Positions 7,733 through 17,015 of a stretch of DNA of 64,000 nucleotides are shown here, one piece after another; position 1 is the first letter of the stretch; each line of letters begins with the position of its first letter. The DNA is from Candidatus Daviesbacteria bacterium. Lineage in GTDB: Bacteria; Patescibacteriota; Microgenomatia; Daviesbacterales; UBA10151. The notes beneath the pieces are model-generated. The model was not told where the DNA came from and searched no databases. It worked only from the letters and a program-made list of their open reading frames with translations. Where the stretch lies: NCBI GenBank assembly GCA_028712705.1, contig JAQTPP010000001.1:81521-145520 (forward strand). Reading direction: 5' to 3'. Both the position numbers and the translations under genes were made by a program.

Positions 7733-9040
7733 ATGAAAATTAAAACTAGATTTGCGCCTTCCCCAACAGGAGCATTGCATATCGGAGGGGTTAGAACTGC
7801 GCTTTATGCATATTTGGTAGCCAAAAAAGCCGGCGGAGTTTTTTCGTTGCGGATTGAGGATACTGACAGGGCAAGGTTTGTAGAAGGTGTGACAGAAGAT
7901 ATTATTAGAACACTCAAATGGCTGGGACTCACATTTGACGGAGAGCCAATCTTTCAATCTAAAAGAGTAGATTTATATAAAGAGTATGCCAAAAAATTGA
8001 TTGACTGCGGTAAAGCTTATGAAAAAGACGGGGCAATCTGGTTTAAGGTTAACTTAAGCGGTAAAACTGCAATCACTGATTTGGTAGGAGGGAGGAAAAT
8101 TGAATTTGAAAACTCCACCCAAAAAGATTTCGTAATTTTAAAATCCGACGGTTACCCGACTTATCATCTGGCTCATGTAGTTGATGACCATTTAATGGAA
8201 ACGAACCCTGTTATCAGAGGGGCGGAGTGGATCTCTTCTATTCCCAAGCATGTTCAACTTTTCGAGGCTTTCGGTTGGGAAATACCGCCATACGCTCATT
8301 TGCCGATTATTTTAGGCGTTGACCGGTCAAAACTTTCTAAAAGACATGGAGCAAAACCAGCATCGGAGTTCCGCACAGATGGATTTTTAGCGGAAGCGAT
8401 TTTAAATTATATGGCTCTACTTGGTTGGACACCGTCTTCGGGGAAAGAAATTTTAACTCTTTCGGAAATGGTTAAAGAATTTGATCTGTCTGATGTTAAT
8501 AGCGCAAATCCTATTTTTGATATTACAAAACTTGAATGGATGAACGGGGAATACATCAGGAAATTTCAAATTTCAAATTTCAAATTTCAAATATTGGAAT
8601 ATTTAAAAGAGCTTGCTGGTGGAGTCGCGCCGGATCATCCAACAGAGAAAGAGGTAGAAAAAGTTGCACCACTTGTTAAAGACCGGATTAAAAAACTGTC
8701 TGATTTTATCCCGTTGACTGATTTTTTGTGGGAAAAACCTGAATATGATAAAGAAATTTTTGATAGATTAAAGATTAATGATTTACGATTAAAAATGGAA
8801 AAAGTAGCAGAAAAAATGGAGGAGATGGAAAAGCCATGGAAAGCCGATATATTTGAAAATACATTTAGAAGATTGGCAGATGAAATGGGGATAAAAGCAG
8901 GGGATATATTTCAACTAATAAGAGTGGCGATTTCCGGTCAAACCGTAACTCCGCCTCTTTTTGAGAGTATAGACATTATAGGCGAGGAGGAAACCTTGAA
9001 AAGAATAAAAGCAGCAATAGAATTTTTACAAACTACTTAA
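7733..9040 (+). CDS. gltX: Glutamyl-tRNA synthetase (compact)
   Basis: RFAPSPTG, HIGG, LRIEDTD and KLSKR motifs. Confidence 0.96.
   Translation: MKIKTRFAPSPTGALHIGGVRTALYAYLVAKKAGGVFSLRIEDTDRARFVEGVTEDIIRTLKWLGLTFDGEPIFQSKRVDLYKEYAKKLIDCGKAYEKDGAIWFKVNLSGKTAITDLVGGRKIEFENSTQKDFVILKSDGYPTYHLAHVVDDHLMETNPVIRGAEWISSIPKHVQLFEAFGWEIPPYAHLPIILGVDRSKLSKRHGAKPASEFRTDGFLAEAILNYMALLGWTPSSGKEILTLSEMVKEFDLSDVNSANPIFDITKLEWMNGEYIRKFQISNFKFQILEYLKELAGGVAPDHPTEKEVEKVAPLVKDRIKKLSDFIPLTDFLWEKPEYDKEIFDRLKINDLRLKMEKVAEKMEEMEKPWKADIFENTFRRLADEMGIKAGDIFQLIRVAISGQTVTPPLFESIDIIGEEETLKRIKAAIEFLQTT
8561..8592. repeat. 7-nt tandem repeat (AAATTTC)x4.5 inside gltX
   Basis: Perfect heptamer array encoding KFQISNFKFQI. 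Confidence 0.9.
8766..8793. repeat. Degenerate 7-nt tandem repeat inside gltX
   Basis: GATTAAA GATTAAT GATTTAC GATTAAA, encoding RLKINDLRLK. Confidence 0.7.
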
Positions 9041-9077
9041 AGTTGCGCAGCTCATAGTTTTGTGGTATATTCCGACC

Positions 9078-9449
9078 ATGGAAGATTCAAGATGGTTTCG
9101 GTTAATAACAATCGGGTTAATATTGGCAGCTTTAGCTGTCGGCTATTTTTTATTGAGCGGTCGGTTGACTTCAAACAGTTTTATAAAAACAAAGCCCCAA
9201 ACAACTAATGAAGTATCCGGTACAGCAAGTGCTACCCCGTCAGCATCAGTTTTAGGACAAGATGTACAGACTACTCCCACATCCAGCCCCAAGCAGACAC
9301 CATCATCGGCATACGACAGGATAGCAAACCGTAATCAAAATCAGGTTCAGACATTGCCGAAAACCGGTTTTTCGCAAGTTCTGGCCGGAATTTTTTCAGT
9401 CGGGGTTATGATCTCCGGCTGGGGTCTCCGTAAATATCCTCATTATTAG
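9078..9449 (+). CDS. Small surface protein with LPXTG-like sorting signal
   Basis: N-terminal TM, T/S/P-rich linker, LPKTG followed by a hydrophobic stretch and an RK tail; ATG 6 nt after TATATT. Confidence 0.75.
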   Translation: MEDSRWFRLITIGLILAALAVGYFLLSGRLTSNSFIKTKPQTTNEVSGTASATPSASVLGQDVQTTPTSSPKQTPSSAYDRIANRNQNQVQTLPKTGFSQVLAGIFSVGVMISGWGLRKYPHY

Positions 9450-9490
9450 TTTCTAAATTCAAAAATTGGTATAATTTCCAAGGTAAGTAT

Positions 9491-9561
9491 TGCGGGATCT
9501 GCTAATGGTAGGCAGCCAGGCTCTGAACCTGGTAATCATGGTCCGAGTCCATGTCCCGCAG
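9491..9561 (+). tRNA. tRNA-Gln(CTG), CCA not encoded
   Basis: TGCGGGA/TCCCGCA acceptor stem; CCAGG-CTCTGAA-CCTGG anticodon arm; CATGG-TCCGAGT-CCATG T arm. Confidence 0.92.
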
Positions 9562-9706
9562 CAAAAGCTCGGTTCACTGTGCTCTTCCGCAGCCCAAAGA
9601 GTGAAGGAGGAAATCCTAGTCTTGCACGGCTGCACACTTTAGGTATCTGTACCCAATATAACTTTAGACTGATGCAAAATTGATGCTTCTGATATAATCC
9701 CTAATT

Positions 9707-10339
9707 GTGATTACGGAGTTTAACAGAGGATCTCAGCCCGTTAGTCCTGAGCATCAAAAGTCTGTAGAAAGACTAATTTCCTTTTCCAAGGTTGCTAATG
9801 AAGGATGTTTTGATGAGTATGGTATGTTCGGGTTAGTACCAACTAACCGACCTACAACTTTAGAAAACCGTAGAAAATACTGGGCTTTAGATCTTTTAGG
9901 ATTTAGTCCTGCCGAGGATAGACTCTGGGTTAGGGAAGGCGATTTAATGATTGTATTTGGGGGAAGAGTCGATAGAATTCCTCATGCTTTAGCTGCAGGG
10001 AATGCAAGAGAGGTTAACCCGTATAGGTGCTTTAAGACTGTTGTACTTGAATCAGGATGGTTGTTTAGTATACATGCAGCCCTGAGGCAGCGTTTGCATG
10101 CTGGTTTAAGAGATGAAGATTTAGAAAAAATTTTGATGGGAGCAGAAGTAGGAAAGGAACCTCCGTTTTTTGATGACCATATCTATACCAAAGTTGAATC
10201 AGGACACGAAGGGAAAAGAGTGCAAGTTCTACCTTTTCATCCACAAAATGATGCAGTTGTTATAGATATGGAGACCAGGAAATTAATCCCAGTCCATAAT
10301 GCTGCCATATTGTCAGAGGCCAGATGGCCAAAACAATAA
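9707..10339 (+). CDS. Hypothetical protein
   Basis: 210-aa ORF with TATAAT just upstream; no recognised motif. Confidence 0.65.
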   Translation: MITEFNRGSQPVSPEHQKSVERLISFSKVANEGCFDEYGMFGLVPTNRPTTLENRRKYWALDLLGFSPAEDRLWVREGDLMIVFGGRVDRIPHALAAGNAREVNPYRCFKTVVLESGWLFSIHAALRQRLHAGLRDEDLEKILMGAEVGKEPPFFDDHIYTKVESGHEGKRVQVLPFHPQNDAVVIDMETRKLIPVHNAAILSEARWPKQ

Positions 10340-10433
10340 CTACAAATTATTTATAAACTACAGTTTTGACCTTGATGCAAGATTATCGTTATAAGGACTA
10401 AGAAGTCTCTAAACTGGCCTGCTCAGCTGAAAT

Positions 10434-10655
10434 TTAGCCTCGATTGAAAAAGAAATTTTCTAATTTTTCAAGTTCTTTCATTGGTTTGTAATCAAAAGAC
10501 GATTGCCATTGATTATCTTTGGCTTCAAGAATAATAAGATGTTTAGAAGTTTTGTTTAGTAAGCATTTGGGTGGTAAATAATGGTGATGCCAATCAATTC
10601 CTTCTTTTGTTAAATTTTCTGCCCTTTCAAGTAACTCGTTATAACCAACATTCAT
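10434..10655 (-). CDS. Hypothetical small protein
   Basis: 73-aa ORF containing WHHHYLPPKC; TATAAT upstream. Confidence 0.6.
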   Translation of the reverse strand: MNVGYNELLERAENLTKEGIDWHHHYLPPKCLLNKTSKHLIILEAKDNQWQSSFDYKPMKELEKLENFFFNRG

Positions 10656-10739
10656 ATTCTTTAGAATTATATACCATAAAAATAATTTCCCACATAATCA
10701 ACCAGAGCTAGCTTTTTTAGCTTCTGGTATACTCTCATT

Positions 10740-11441
10740 ATGAGTAATAATAAAAAGATTGGGATAATCGGCGGAGTTGGGCCTCAGTCAACTGATTTTA
10801 TTTACGAGAGGATAATCCAGTTTTCTCAATCCAAGTATGGTGCTAAAGATAATGCTGATTATCCAAGACTGGTAATTGAGTCAGTTCCTGTACCAGATTT
10901 TATTTCAAATAAAGATCATATAGAGGTGGCTAAAGAAATGTTAATTGACGCTGCAAAATCCTTATCTAGCGCAGGAGCAACAAGGCTTTGCATTGGAAGT
11001 AATACGGTTCATATATTATTGGAAGAGTTAAGGATACAGACAGAAGTTCCTTTTATATCTATGATTGAGCTTGTTGCTAACAAATGTATAAACAGCGGTT
11101 TTAAGAAAGTGGGTATTCTTGGGACTCCTGTCCTAATGCAATCAAATCTGTATACTAAGCAACTGCAGAAAAATGACATTGAAGTTATTGCTCCGTCAGA
11201 AGAACAACTAAAAATAGTTGAAGAAATCATAAGACACATTCTTGCTGGATCTAAAAGTGAGGATCAGAAAAAAGCATACATTGATGTTCTTAATGATCTA
11301 TTTAGCAAAGGCGCAGAGGCAATAATATTAGGATGTACTGAGCTGCCTCTTGCCGTAAATTATGAAGCATTAGGCAACAGAACAATTAACTCAGATGAAG
11401 TCTTAGCTGAAGGTATAGTAGATTACTACTATTCTGGATGA
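10740..11441 (+). CDS. Aspartate/glutamate racemase family protein
   Basis: IGIIGGVGP, SNTVH and ILGCTELP motifs. Confidence 0.9.
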   Translation: MSNNKKIGIIGGVGPQSTDFIYERIIQFSQSKYGAKDNADYPRLVIESVPVPDFISNKDHIEVAKEMLIDAAKSLSSAGATRLCIGSNTVHILLEELRIQTEVPFISMIELVANKCINSGFKKVGILGTPVLMQSNLYTKQLQKNDIEVIAPSEEQLKIVEEIIRHILAGSKSEDQKKAYIDVLNDLFSKGAEAIILGCTELPLAVNYEALGNRTINSDEVLAEGIVDYYYSG

Positions 11442-11544
11442 TTTAAGTGATAAGTTTCTACATATTCAATCAGCACTAGTAGCATTTTGGTCTTAAAAAT
11501 AGGATCTTTTTAATGCTTTATGACAGTAGTATAATTAACCCGCT

Positions 11545-11787
11545 ATGAAAGTAAAAAAGTTAGATTATTTAATTAAATTAACCTACGATAAGGTTTATAA
11601 AGGCTATGTGGCTGATGTAGTTAATTTATATGGTTGTATGTCTCAAGGTAGAACTAAAGAAGAAGCTTTAGCCAATATAGAAAAAGCAATTAAAGCCTAT
11701 ATGAAAGTAATGAATCTAAAAAGAGATAAAAACTCTGAGTTTAGAGAAAAATCAGTTGATACCCCATATCCTGTACTAAATGCCTAA
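11545..11787 (+). CDS. hicB: HicB-family antitoxin
   Basis: GYVADVVNLYGCMSQGRTKEEALANIEKAI pattern; overlaps hicA. Confidence 0.88.
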   Translation: MKVKKLDYLIKLTYDKVYKGYVADVVNLYGCMSQGRTKEEALANIEKAIKAYMKVMNLKRDKNSEFREKSVDTPYPVLNA

Positions 11788-12001
11788 GTTAACAAATATT
11801 TCAGGGAAAGAGGCTGTTAAAGCTTTTACAAAGTTTGGATATGCACATGTTCATACATCAGGAGATCATGCTATTCTGCAAAAAATCGGATCACCAACGC
11901 TTTCGATACCATTACATAAAGAAGTAGCACCCTTTTTGCTAAAAGCTCAAGCAAAAAGAGCAAGCATTCCTCTAGAAGATTACATTAAGGCTTTGAAATG
12001 A
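11780..12001 (+). CDS. hicA: HicA-family mRNA interferase toxin
   Basis: MPKL..SGKEAVKAF..FGY....SGDH...SIPLH pattern. Confidence 0.88.
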   Translation: MPKLTNISGKEAVKAFTKFGYAHVHTSGDHAILQKIGSPTLSIPLHKEVAPFLLKAQAKRASIPLEDYIKALK

Positions 12002-12579
12002 AAAGTTCCAACATAAAAGCAATTTTTATTCCAGGTTACCATGGTGCAGGTGAGGACATTTTATCTGCTAAGCATCAAATGTGGTTTGCCTGGTTGAAAG
12101 AGGAGTTGGAGAAGCTAGGGATAGAGGTAATTGCTAAGGATTATCCTGATGCTTATCTTTGCAGGGCAAATTATTGGCTGCCTTTTATTAAGAAACTTGG
12201 AGCTGATGAGAACACTATTTTAGTTGGTCACTCAACAGGTGCAATTGCAGCTATGAGGTTTGCTGAAGAAAATAAAATTTTAGGGTCAGTTTTGGTTGGA
12301 AGTTATTATACTGATTTAGGTGATTCGGAAGAGAAAGCAAGCGGTTATTTTGACAATCCATGGCAATGGGAAAAGATAAAAAACAATCAAAAATGGATAA
12401 TCCAATTTCACTCAACAGATGATCCCTGGATTTCAAATGATGAAGCACACGTGGTTCATGAAATGCTTACCAGCGAACTCCATGAGTTCCATAACCAAGG
12501 ACATTTTGGAGCCGATAGACCAAAAATGGAATTCCCCGAGCTTTTAGAAGCTATTAAACAAAAATTAAATATAATTTAG
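11998..12579 (+). CDS. RBBP9/YdeN-family alpha/beta hydrolase
   Basis: FIPG, GHSTG nucleophile elbow, HSTDDP and GHF. Confidence 0.88.
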   Translation: MKSSNIKAIFIPGYHGAGEDILSAKHQMWFAWLKEELEKLGIEVIAKDYPDAYLCRANYWLPFIKKLGADENTILVGHSTGAIAAMRFAEENKILGSVLVGSYYTDLGDSEEKASGYFDNPWQWEKIKNNQKWIIQFHSTDDPWISNDEAHVVHEMLTSELHEFHNQGHFGADRPKMEFPELLEAIKQKLNII

Positions 12580-12595
12580 GTATTCTAATGTAAGC

Positions 12596-12850
12596 ATGTA
12601 TACGGTTTATATCCTAAGAACATCTTTAAATACTTTATACATCGGTCAAACAAACAATCTAGAAAAAAGATTAAAAGAACATCAAAAGAAAAGCTCCAAA
12701 TCAGCTAAATATATTCGCTACTTTAAATCTTCGCAGCTGGTTTATTCGGAAAAGTATGGGACTAGAATTGAAGCCATGAGTAGAGAATACGAGTTGAAAC
12801 AGTGGCCAAAAGCTAAAAAAGAAGCTTTAATTGCAGGGGAGATGAGATAA
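12596..12850 (+). CDS. GIY-YIG nuclease family protein (YhbQ-like)
   Basis: VYIL...LYIGQTNNLEKRLKEH and AMSREYELK. Confidence 0.9.
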   Translation: MYTVYILRTSLNTLYIGQTNNLEKRLKEHQKKSSKSAKYIRYFKSSQLVYSEKYGTRIEAMSREYELKQWPKAKKEALIAGEMR

Positions 12851-12871
12851 TATTGTAAATGAGGTATTAAT

Positions 12872-13765
12872 ATGAATGGGTATCATGGAGTTTCAACTAA
12901 TATCAAAGCTTTAAGAATTAGCGCTTTATTAATTCTGATTTATTTTGTATTTGAAATTGCCATTGCTTTATCTACTGGTTCATTATCTTTACTTGCAGAT
13001 GCCGGACATGAACTTTCTACTTTTGTGGCAATTGCAATTTCTTTACTTGCCATGCAACTTGCTACCCAAAAACCTACTCCCAAAAAAACCTTCGGTCTTT
13101 TAAGGATAGAAATTCTGGCTGCATTATTTAATGGTTTACTTCTTTTGGGGATGGCCGGATTTATCATTATTCGAGGAATAGACAGATTACAAAATCCAAT
13201 GGAGGTATCATCTTTGCCAATGTTTATTATGGCTTTTGGCGGCATTGGTCTTGAAATAGCCTCACTTTGGATTATGTATAAAGGTCAAAAAGAAAGCTTG
13301 AATATAAGAGGTTCTTTTTGGCATGTAATGAATGCTTTTTTGGGGAGCGTGGCAGTGATCATTGCTGCAGCCTTTATTCAGTTTGGGCAAATCTATGTAG
13401 CTGATGCCTGGGCAGGTATACTTTTTGCCTTTATTCTTATTTGGGCGTCTTTTGGAATAATTAAAGACTCATTTTTCATATTGATTGATGTTGCACCCAA
13501 AGAAGTTAATCTTATTTCTATAGAAAAGGAACTTTCAAAAATCCCCGGGGTAAAAAAGGTTCATCATTTTCATGCCAGAACCTTAGTGGGTTCCATAAAG
13601 ACTTTTAGCGGACATCTGGTTGTTAAAGATATGAATCAAGCTGGAGGTATTCTTAAAAAAGCCAAACAGATCCTTGATAAAAAACATGGCTTTTCTCTAT
13701 CAACCGTTCAAATAGAGGATGAAAATCTTTCAGAGGCAGACATCAAACAGTTAGAATATAAATAA
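12872..13765 (+). CDS. Cation diffusion facilitator, CzcD-like
   Basis: SLSLLADAGH, TFGLLRIEILAAL and SLNIRGSFWHV motifs. Confidence 0.9.
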   Translation: MNGYHGVSTNIKALRISALLILIYFVFEIAIALSTGSLSLLADAGHELSTFVAIAISLLAMQLATQKPTPKKTFGLLRIEILAALFNGLLLLGMAGFIIIRGIDRLQNPMEVSSLPMFIMAFGGIGLEIASLWIMYKGQKESLNIRGSFWHVMNAFLGSVAVIIAAAFIQFGQIYVADAWAGILFAFILIWASFGIIKDSFFILIDVAPKEVNLISIEKELSKIPGVKKVHHFHARTLVGSIKTFSGHLVVKDMNQAGGILKKAKQILDKKHGFSLSTVQIEDENLSEADIKQLEYK

Positions 13766-13766
13766 G

Positions 13767-13895
13767 TGTTACAAGTCATACGGATATTCAATCTCAGGAT
13801 TGGGAATACTTATCGGCACTTTTTATGGATTTGTTGAAGGTTTTGTGTGGCTTGGAGTATTTGCCTGGTTGTATAATAAGTTATTAAAGAAGTAA
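13767..13895 (+). pseudogene. C-terminal remnant of a small membrane protein (holin-like)
   Basis: Start-less frame CYKSYGYSISGLGILIGTFYGFVEGFVWLGVFAWLYNKLLKK*, with an upstream in-frame stop at 13752. Confidence 0.5.
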
Positions 13896-13902
13896 TCTTT
13901 AA

Positions 13903-14757
13903 ATGAATAAAAAACAATCTGTTGCACTAAGTTCTGTTTTTGCAAGCATAGCCCTAACCGTGCTTAAGCTTGTTGTCGGGTTGACAACAGGCAGTATGGG
14001 AATTTTATCCGAAGCAGCCCATTCTTTTTTGGATTTTGGAGCAGCGCTGTTGACCTTTTTTGCGGTAAGAGTTGGAGATAAAGAAGCTGATGAGAGTCAC
14101 CATTTTGGTCATGAAAAGGTAGAAAGCGTTTCCGCTTTAATCGAAACAGGCCTGCTTTTTCTAACAAGCGCCTGGATTATTTATGAAGCAGTAAAAAGGT
14201 TAAGTACCGGCAAGGTAGAAATAGAAGTAACCTGGTATGCTTTTGCGGTAATGATATTTTCTATAATTATAGATTACTCCCGTTCACGGGCACTCAAAAA
14301 AGTAGCAAAGGAAACAAAAAGCCAGGCTCTGGAAGCAGATGCACTTCATTTTAGTTCGGATATTTTAAGTTCTTTGACAGTAATAGCAGGTTTGATCTTT
14401 GTTTCCCTCGGAATTGCTAAAGCTGATGCTATTGCAGCAATTGGTGTTTCACTATTTGTATTGCGCGTCGGATATAGTTTAGGAAAAAGAACAATAGATA
14501 TATTAGTTGACAGCGTGCCTTCCGGTTTGACGGAAAGAATTATTGATCTTGCTCAACAAGTGGAAGGTGTTATTGCTATTAAGCGGATACGCGTTAGGCC
14601 GGCAGGCATTACTATCTTTATTGATATAACAATTACTGTAAGCACTAAATTGTCAATAACCAAAGCGCATACTATTTCTGACAAAATTGAAAATAAAATC
14701 AAAAATTCGATTCCAGAGGCAGATATAACAATACATCTGGAACCGCATAGGTTCTGA
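13903..14757 (+). CDS. Cation diffusion facilitator, FieF-like
   Basis: SEAAHSFLD, HHFGHEKVE, ALEADALHFSSD and IHLEP motifs. Confidence 0.92.
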   Translation: MNKKQSVALSSVFASIALTVLKLVVGLTTGSMGILSEAAHSFLDFGAALLTFFAVRVGDKEADESHHFGHEKVESVSALIETGLLFLTSAWIIYEAVKRLSTGKVEIEVTWYAFAVMIFSIIIDYSRSRALKKVAKETKSQALEADALHFSSDILSSLTVIAGLIFVSLGIAKADAIAAIGVSLFVLRVGYSLGKRTIDILVDSVPSGLTERIIDLAQQVEGVIAIKRIRVRPAGITIFIDITITVSTKLSITKAHTISDKIENKIKNSIPEADITIHLEPHRF

Positions 14758-14763
14758 AATGCT

Positions 14764-15837
14764 TCATTCAGGATAACCGGTTATTAATAGGTTGTCGTCA
14801 AATTTTTTTAGAGTGACGTTTTTTAAACGGACGGCTTTTTTTACAGTTTCTACTCCTTTTCCTCCAATACAAATAGCTTTCCTCCCGCCGATGATAACAG
14901 GTGCATGGAATGTGTATACTTTATCAATTATTTTTGCATCAATAAAATTTCCCAAAGTCTCTCCGCCGCCTTCAACCAGGATGCTGATGATTTCTTTTTC
15001 TCGCAGTACAGATAATAGTTTTGGTATTGTAATGTGCTCTTCATTAAAGGTAAGAATTGTGAAACCTTTACTTTCCAACTTTTTTCTTTTTTGTTTATCT
15101 CCTTTTGCGGTGGTGACAATTATGACATTTGTGTCACGGAGGACGTCTGCATTCAGGGGGATTTGTAGTTTAGGATCAAGAATTATGCGTATCGGGTCTT
15201 TTTTGCCTTTTAATTTGGCTCCAAGGTTAGGGTTATCGGCAAGGACAGTATTAATACCGATAACCAATCCTTGATATCCGGCTCGCAGTCCCCGGGCAAA
15301 ACGTCTTGTCTTTTCATTGGTGATCCATTTCGAATCGCCGGCCCTGGTTGCCATTTTTCCATCTAAGGAAGTAGCAAATTTTATGGCAACAAAAGGGCGT
15401 TTTTTTTCATGAAAAGTAAAAAATGCTTCATTTAATTTCCTAACATCCTGTTCCAGCCTCCCAACAGAAGTTTCTATACCCGCTTTTTTTAATTTAGCAA
15501 TACCTTTTCCATGGATTTTTTGGTTGGGATCCAAACTGGCGCACACAACTTTTTCGATTCCGCTTTTAATGATAGTGTCTGTACACGGAGGAGTCCTGCC
15601 AAAAATCGCGCAAGGCTCCAGGCTGACATACATTGTGGCACCTTTGGGGTTTTCTGTTGCCGCATTTAACGCTTCAACTTCTGCATGGGCAAGTCCGACT
15701 TTACGGTGAAAGCCTTGTCCAATGACACGTCCATTTTTAACTATGATGGCTCCAACCATTGGGTTAGGATTGGTCCAACCCAAACCTTTTTTAGCTAATT
15801 CAAGCGTTTCCTTGAGGAATTTAATATCGTTATTCAT
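14764..15837 (-). CDS. ribD: Riboflavin deaminase/reductase
   Basis: PNPMVG, HAE, SLEPC..PPC, SLDGK and VEGG motifs. Confidence 0.96.
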   Translation of the reverse strand: MNNDIKFLKETLELAKKGLGWTNPNPMVGAIIVKNGRVIGQGFHRKVGLAHAEVEALNAATENPKGATMYVSLEPCAIFGRTPPCTDTIIKSGIEKVVCASLDPNQKIHGKGIAKLKKAGIETSVGRLEQDVRKLNEAFFTFHEKKRPFVAIKFATSLDGKMATRAGDSKWITNEKTRRFARGLRAGYQGLVIGINTVLADNPNLGAKLKGKKDPIRIILDPKLQIPLNADVLRDTNVIIVTTAKGDKQKRKKLESKGFTILTFNEEHITIPKLLSVLREKEIISILVEGGGETLGNFIDAKIIDKVYTFHAPVIIGGRKAICIGGKGVETVKKAVRLKNVTLKKFDDNLLITGYPE

Positions 15838-15846
15838 ATTGTTTCT

Positions 15847-15923
15847 GTCATTCTGAGTGATTAGCGAAGAATCTAATTATTTAATCTTTAGATCCTTCGG
15901 TCGTTACACTCCCTCAGGATGAC
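15847..15923. repeat. Intergenic GTCA-tagged REP doublet
   Basis: GTCATTCTGAG..GAAGAATCT and AGATCCTTCG..CTCAGGATGAC; same family as 458-535. Confidence 0.85.
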
Positions 15924-15933
15924 AATGATGTTG

Positions 15934-16542
15934 TTAAACTAGTTTCAGTTTGTGACCGAGTTTATATTTTTTGGTGCGTAGATAGCCAGCATCTATTGGA
16001 TTAGGAGGAATTTCCAGCGGAATAATTTCTTTAATAGTTATCCCGAAATTTTCGATCTGGCTGATCTTATCGGGGTTGTTGGTTAGAAGATTAATCTTAC
16101 AGATATTAAGGTCTTGTAAAATTTGCGCAGCTACCTCATATGTGCGGGGATCTGCGGCAAATCCCAACTGTTCATTTGCCTGTACTGTGTCAAAACCTCG
16201 CTCCTGCAGGGCATAAGCCTTAATTTTACTCCCAAGTCCAATGCTTCTTCCTTCCTGATTTAAATAAATCAAGATGCCGTTTTTGGCTTTACCTATTTTT
16301 TTTAAACTTTCTTCCAATTGATCCCGGCAATCACACCGCAGGGAGGTAAAAACTTCGCCGGTTAGACATTGTGAGTGAATTCTGACTAAAGCCGGCTCTT
16401 TAATTTTTTTGCCAGCGAGTAATACAACATGTTCCAAACCGTCCTCAAGCGATTTGTAGATTCTTATTTGGAAGCTGCCATAAGCAGTAGGCAAGTGAGC
16501 AGAAGCTATTTTTATAATGGTTTGCGTATTGTTCATAATCAT
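15934..16542 (-). CDS. ribA: GTP cyclohydrolase II (standalone, no RibB domain)
   Basis: RIHSQCLTG, RCDC, QEGRSIG and LLTNNPDK motifs. Confidence 0.95.
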   Translation of the reverse strand: MIMNNTQTIIKIASAHLPTAYGSFQIRIYKSLEDGLEHVVLLAGKKIKEPALVRIHSQCLTGEVFTSLRCDCRDQLEESLKKIGKAKNGILIYLNQEGRSIGLGSKIKAYALQERGFDTVQANEQLGFAADPRTYEVAAQILQDLNICKINLLTNNPDKISQIENFGITIKEIIPLEIPPNPIDAGYLRTKKYKLGHKLKLV

Positions 16543-17015
16543 AATTTTGTTAGCGTATTAATAGTTTCTAGTAAAGATTTCGCTGCTTCGATCCCCTTAT
16601 TATATTTTCCTGCACTTCTTTTTTTGGCCTGTGCCAAGTTGTAGGTGGTGAGAATTTCAAAGATTATGGGAATATCAAACTCCAGGGCAATCTTCATGAG
16701 GGCTTTGGCAGACTGGTTAGCCAGGACTTCAAAATGGTAAGTTTCCCCTTTGATAATGATTCCAAAGGTAGCTATTCCGTCATATATATTTTTGGCGGCA
16801 AGCCGCTTGGTTACAAGTGGAATTTCCCAGGAACCAGGTACTTCAAATGTAGTGATATTGCTCATTTTGACACCGCTTTTGATCAGCTGGTTTCTGCAGG
16901 CATCTTCTAAGCTTTTAGTTAAATCCTGATGGTAATTAGCTCTGACAATGGCAATTTTTAAGTTTTGATTATTTTTGCTATATTTAATTGGATTTTTGGA
17001 TAAATCTTTAATCAT
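16539..17015 (-). CDS. ribH: Lumazine synthase
   Basis: VPGSWEIP and IKGETYHFE motifs. Confidence 0.95.
   Translation of the reverse strand: MIKDLSKNPIKYSKNNQNLKIAIVRANYHQDLTKSLEDACRNQLIKSGVKMSNITTFEVPGSWEIPLVTKRLAAKNIYDGIATFGIIIKGETYHFEVLANQSAKALMKIALEFDIPIIFEILTTYNLAQAKKRSAGKYNKGIEAAKSLLETINTLTKL

Noticed and set aside
9491-9561. tRNA-Gln as a pseudogene because of its TCCGA T-loop
   Set aside because: All stems pair well and a -10 box precedes it; more likely a tolerated variant.
12596-12850. GIY-YIG gene as the mobiliser of the GTCA-tagged repeats
   Set aside because: Plausible for the family, but this copy has no flanking repeats, so the sequence gives no support.
9562-14757. Prophage or integron
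   Set aside because: No integrase, structural phage genes or attC-like sites were recognised.
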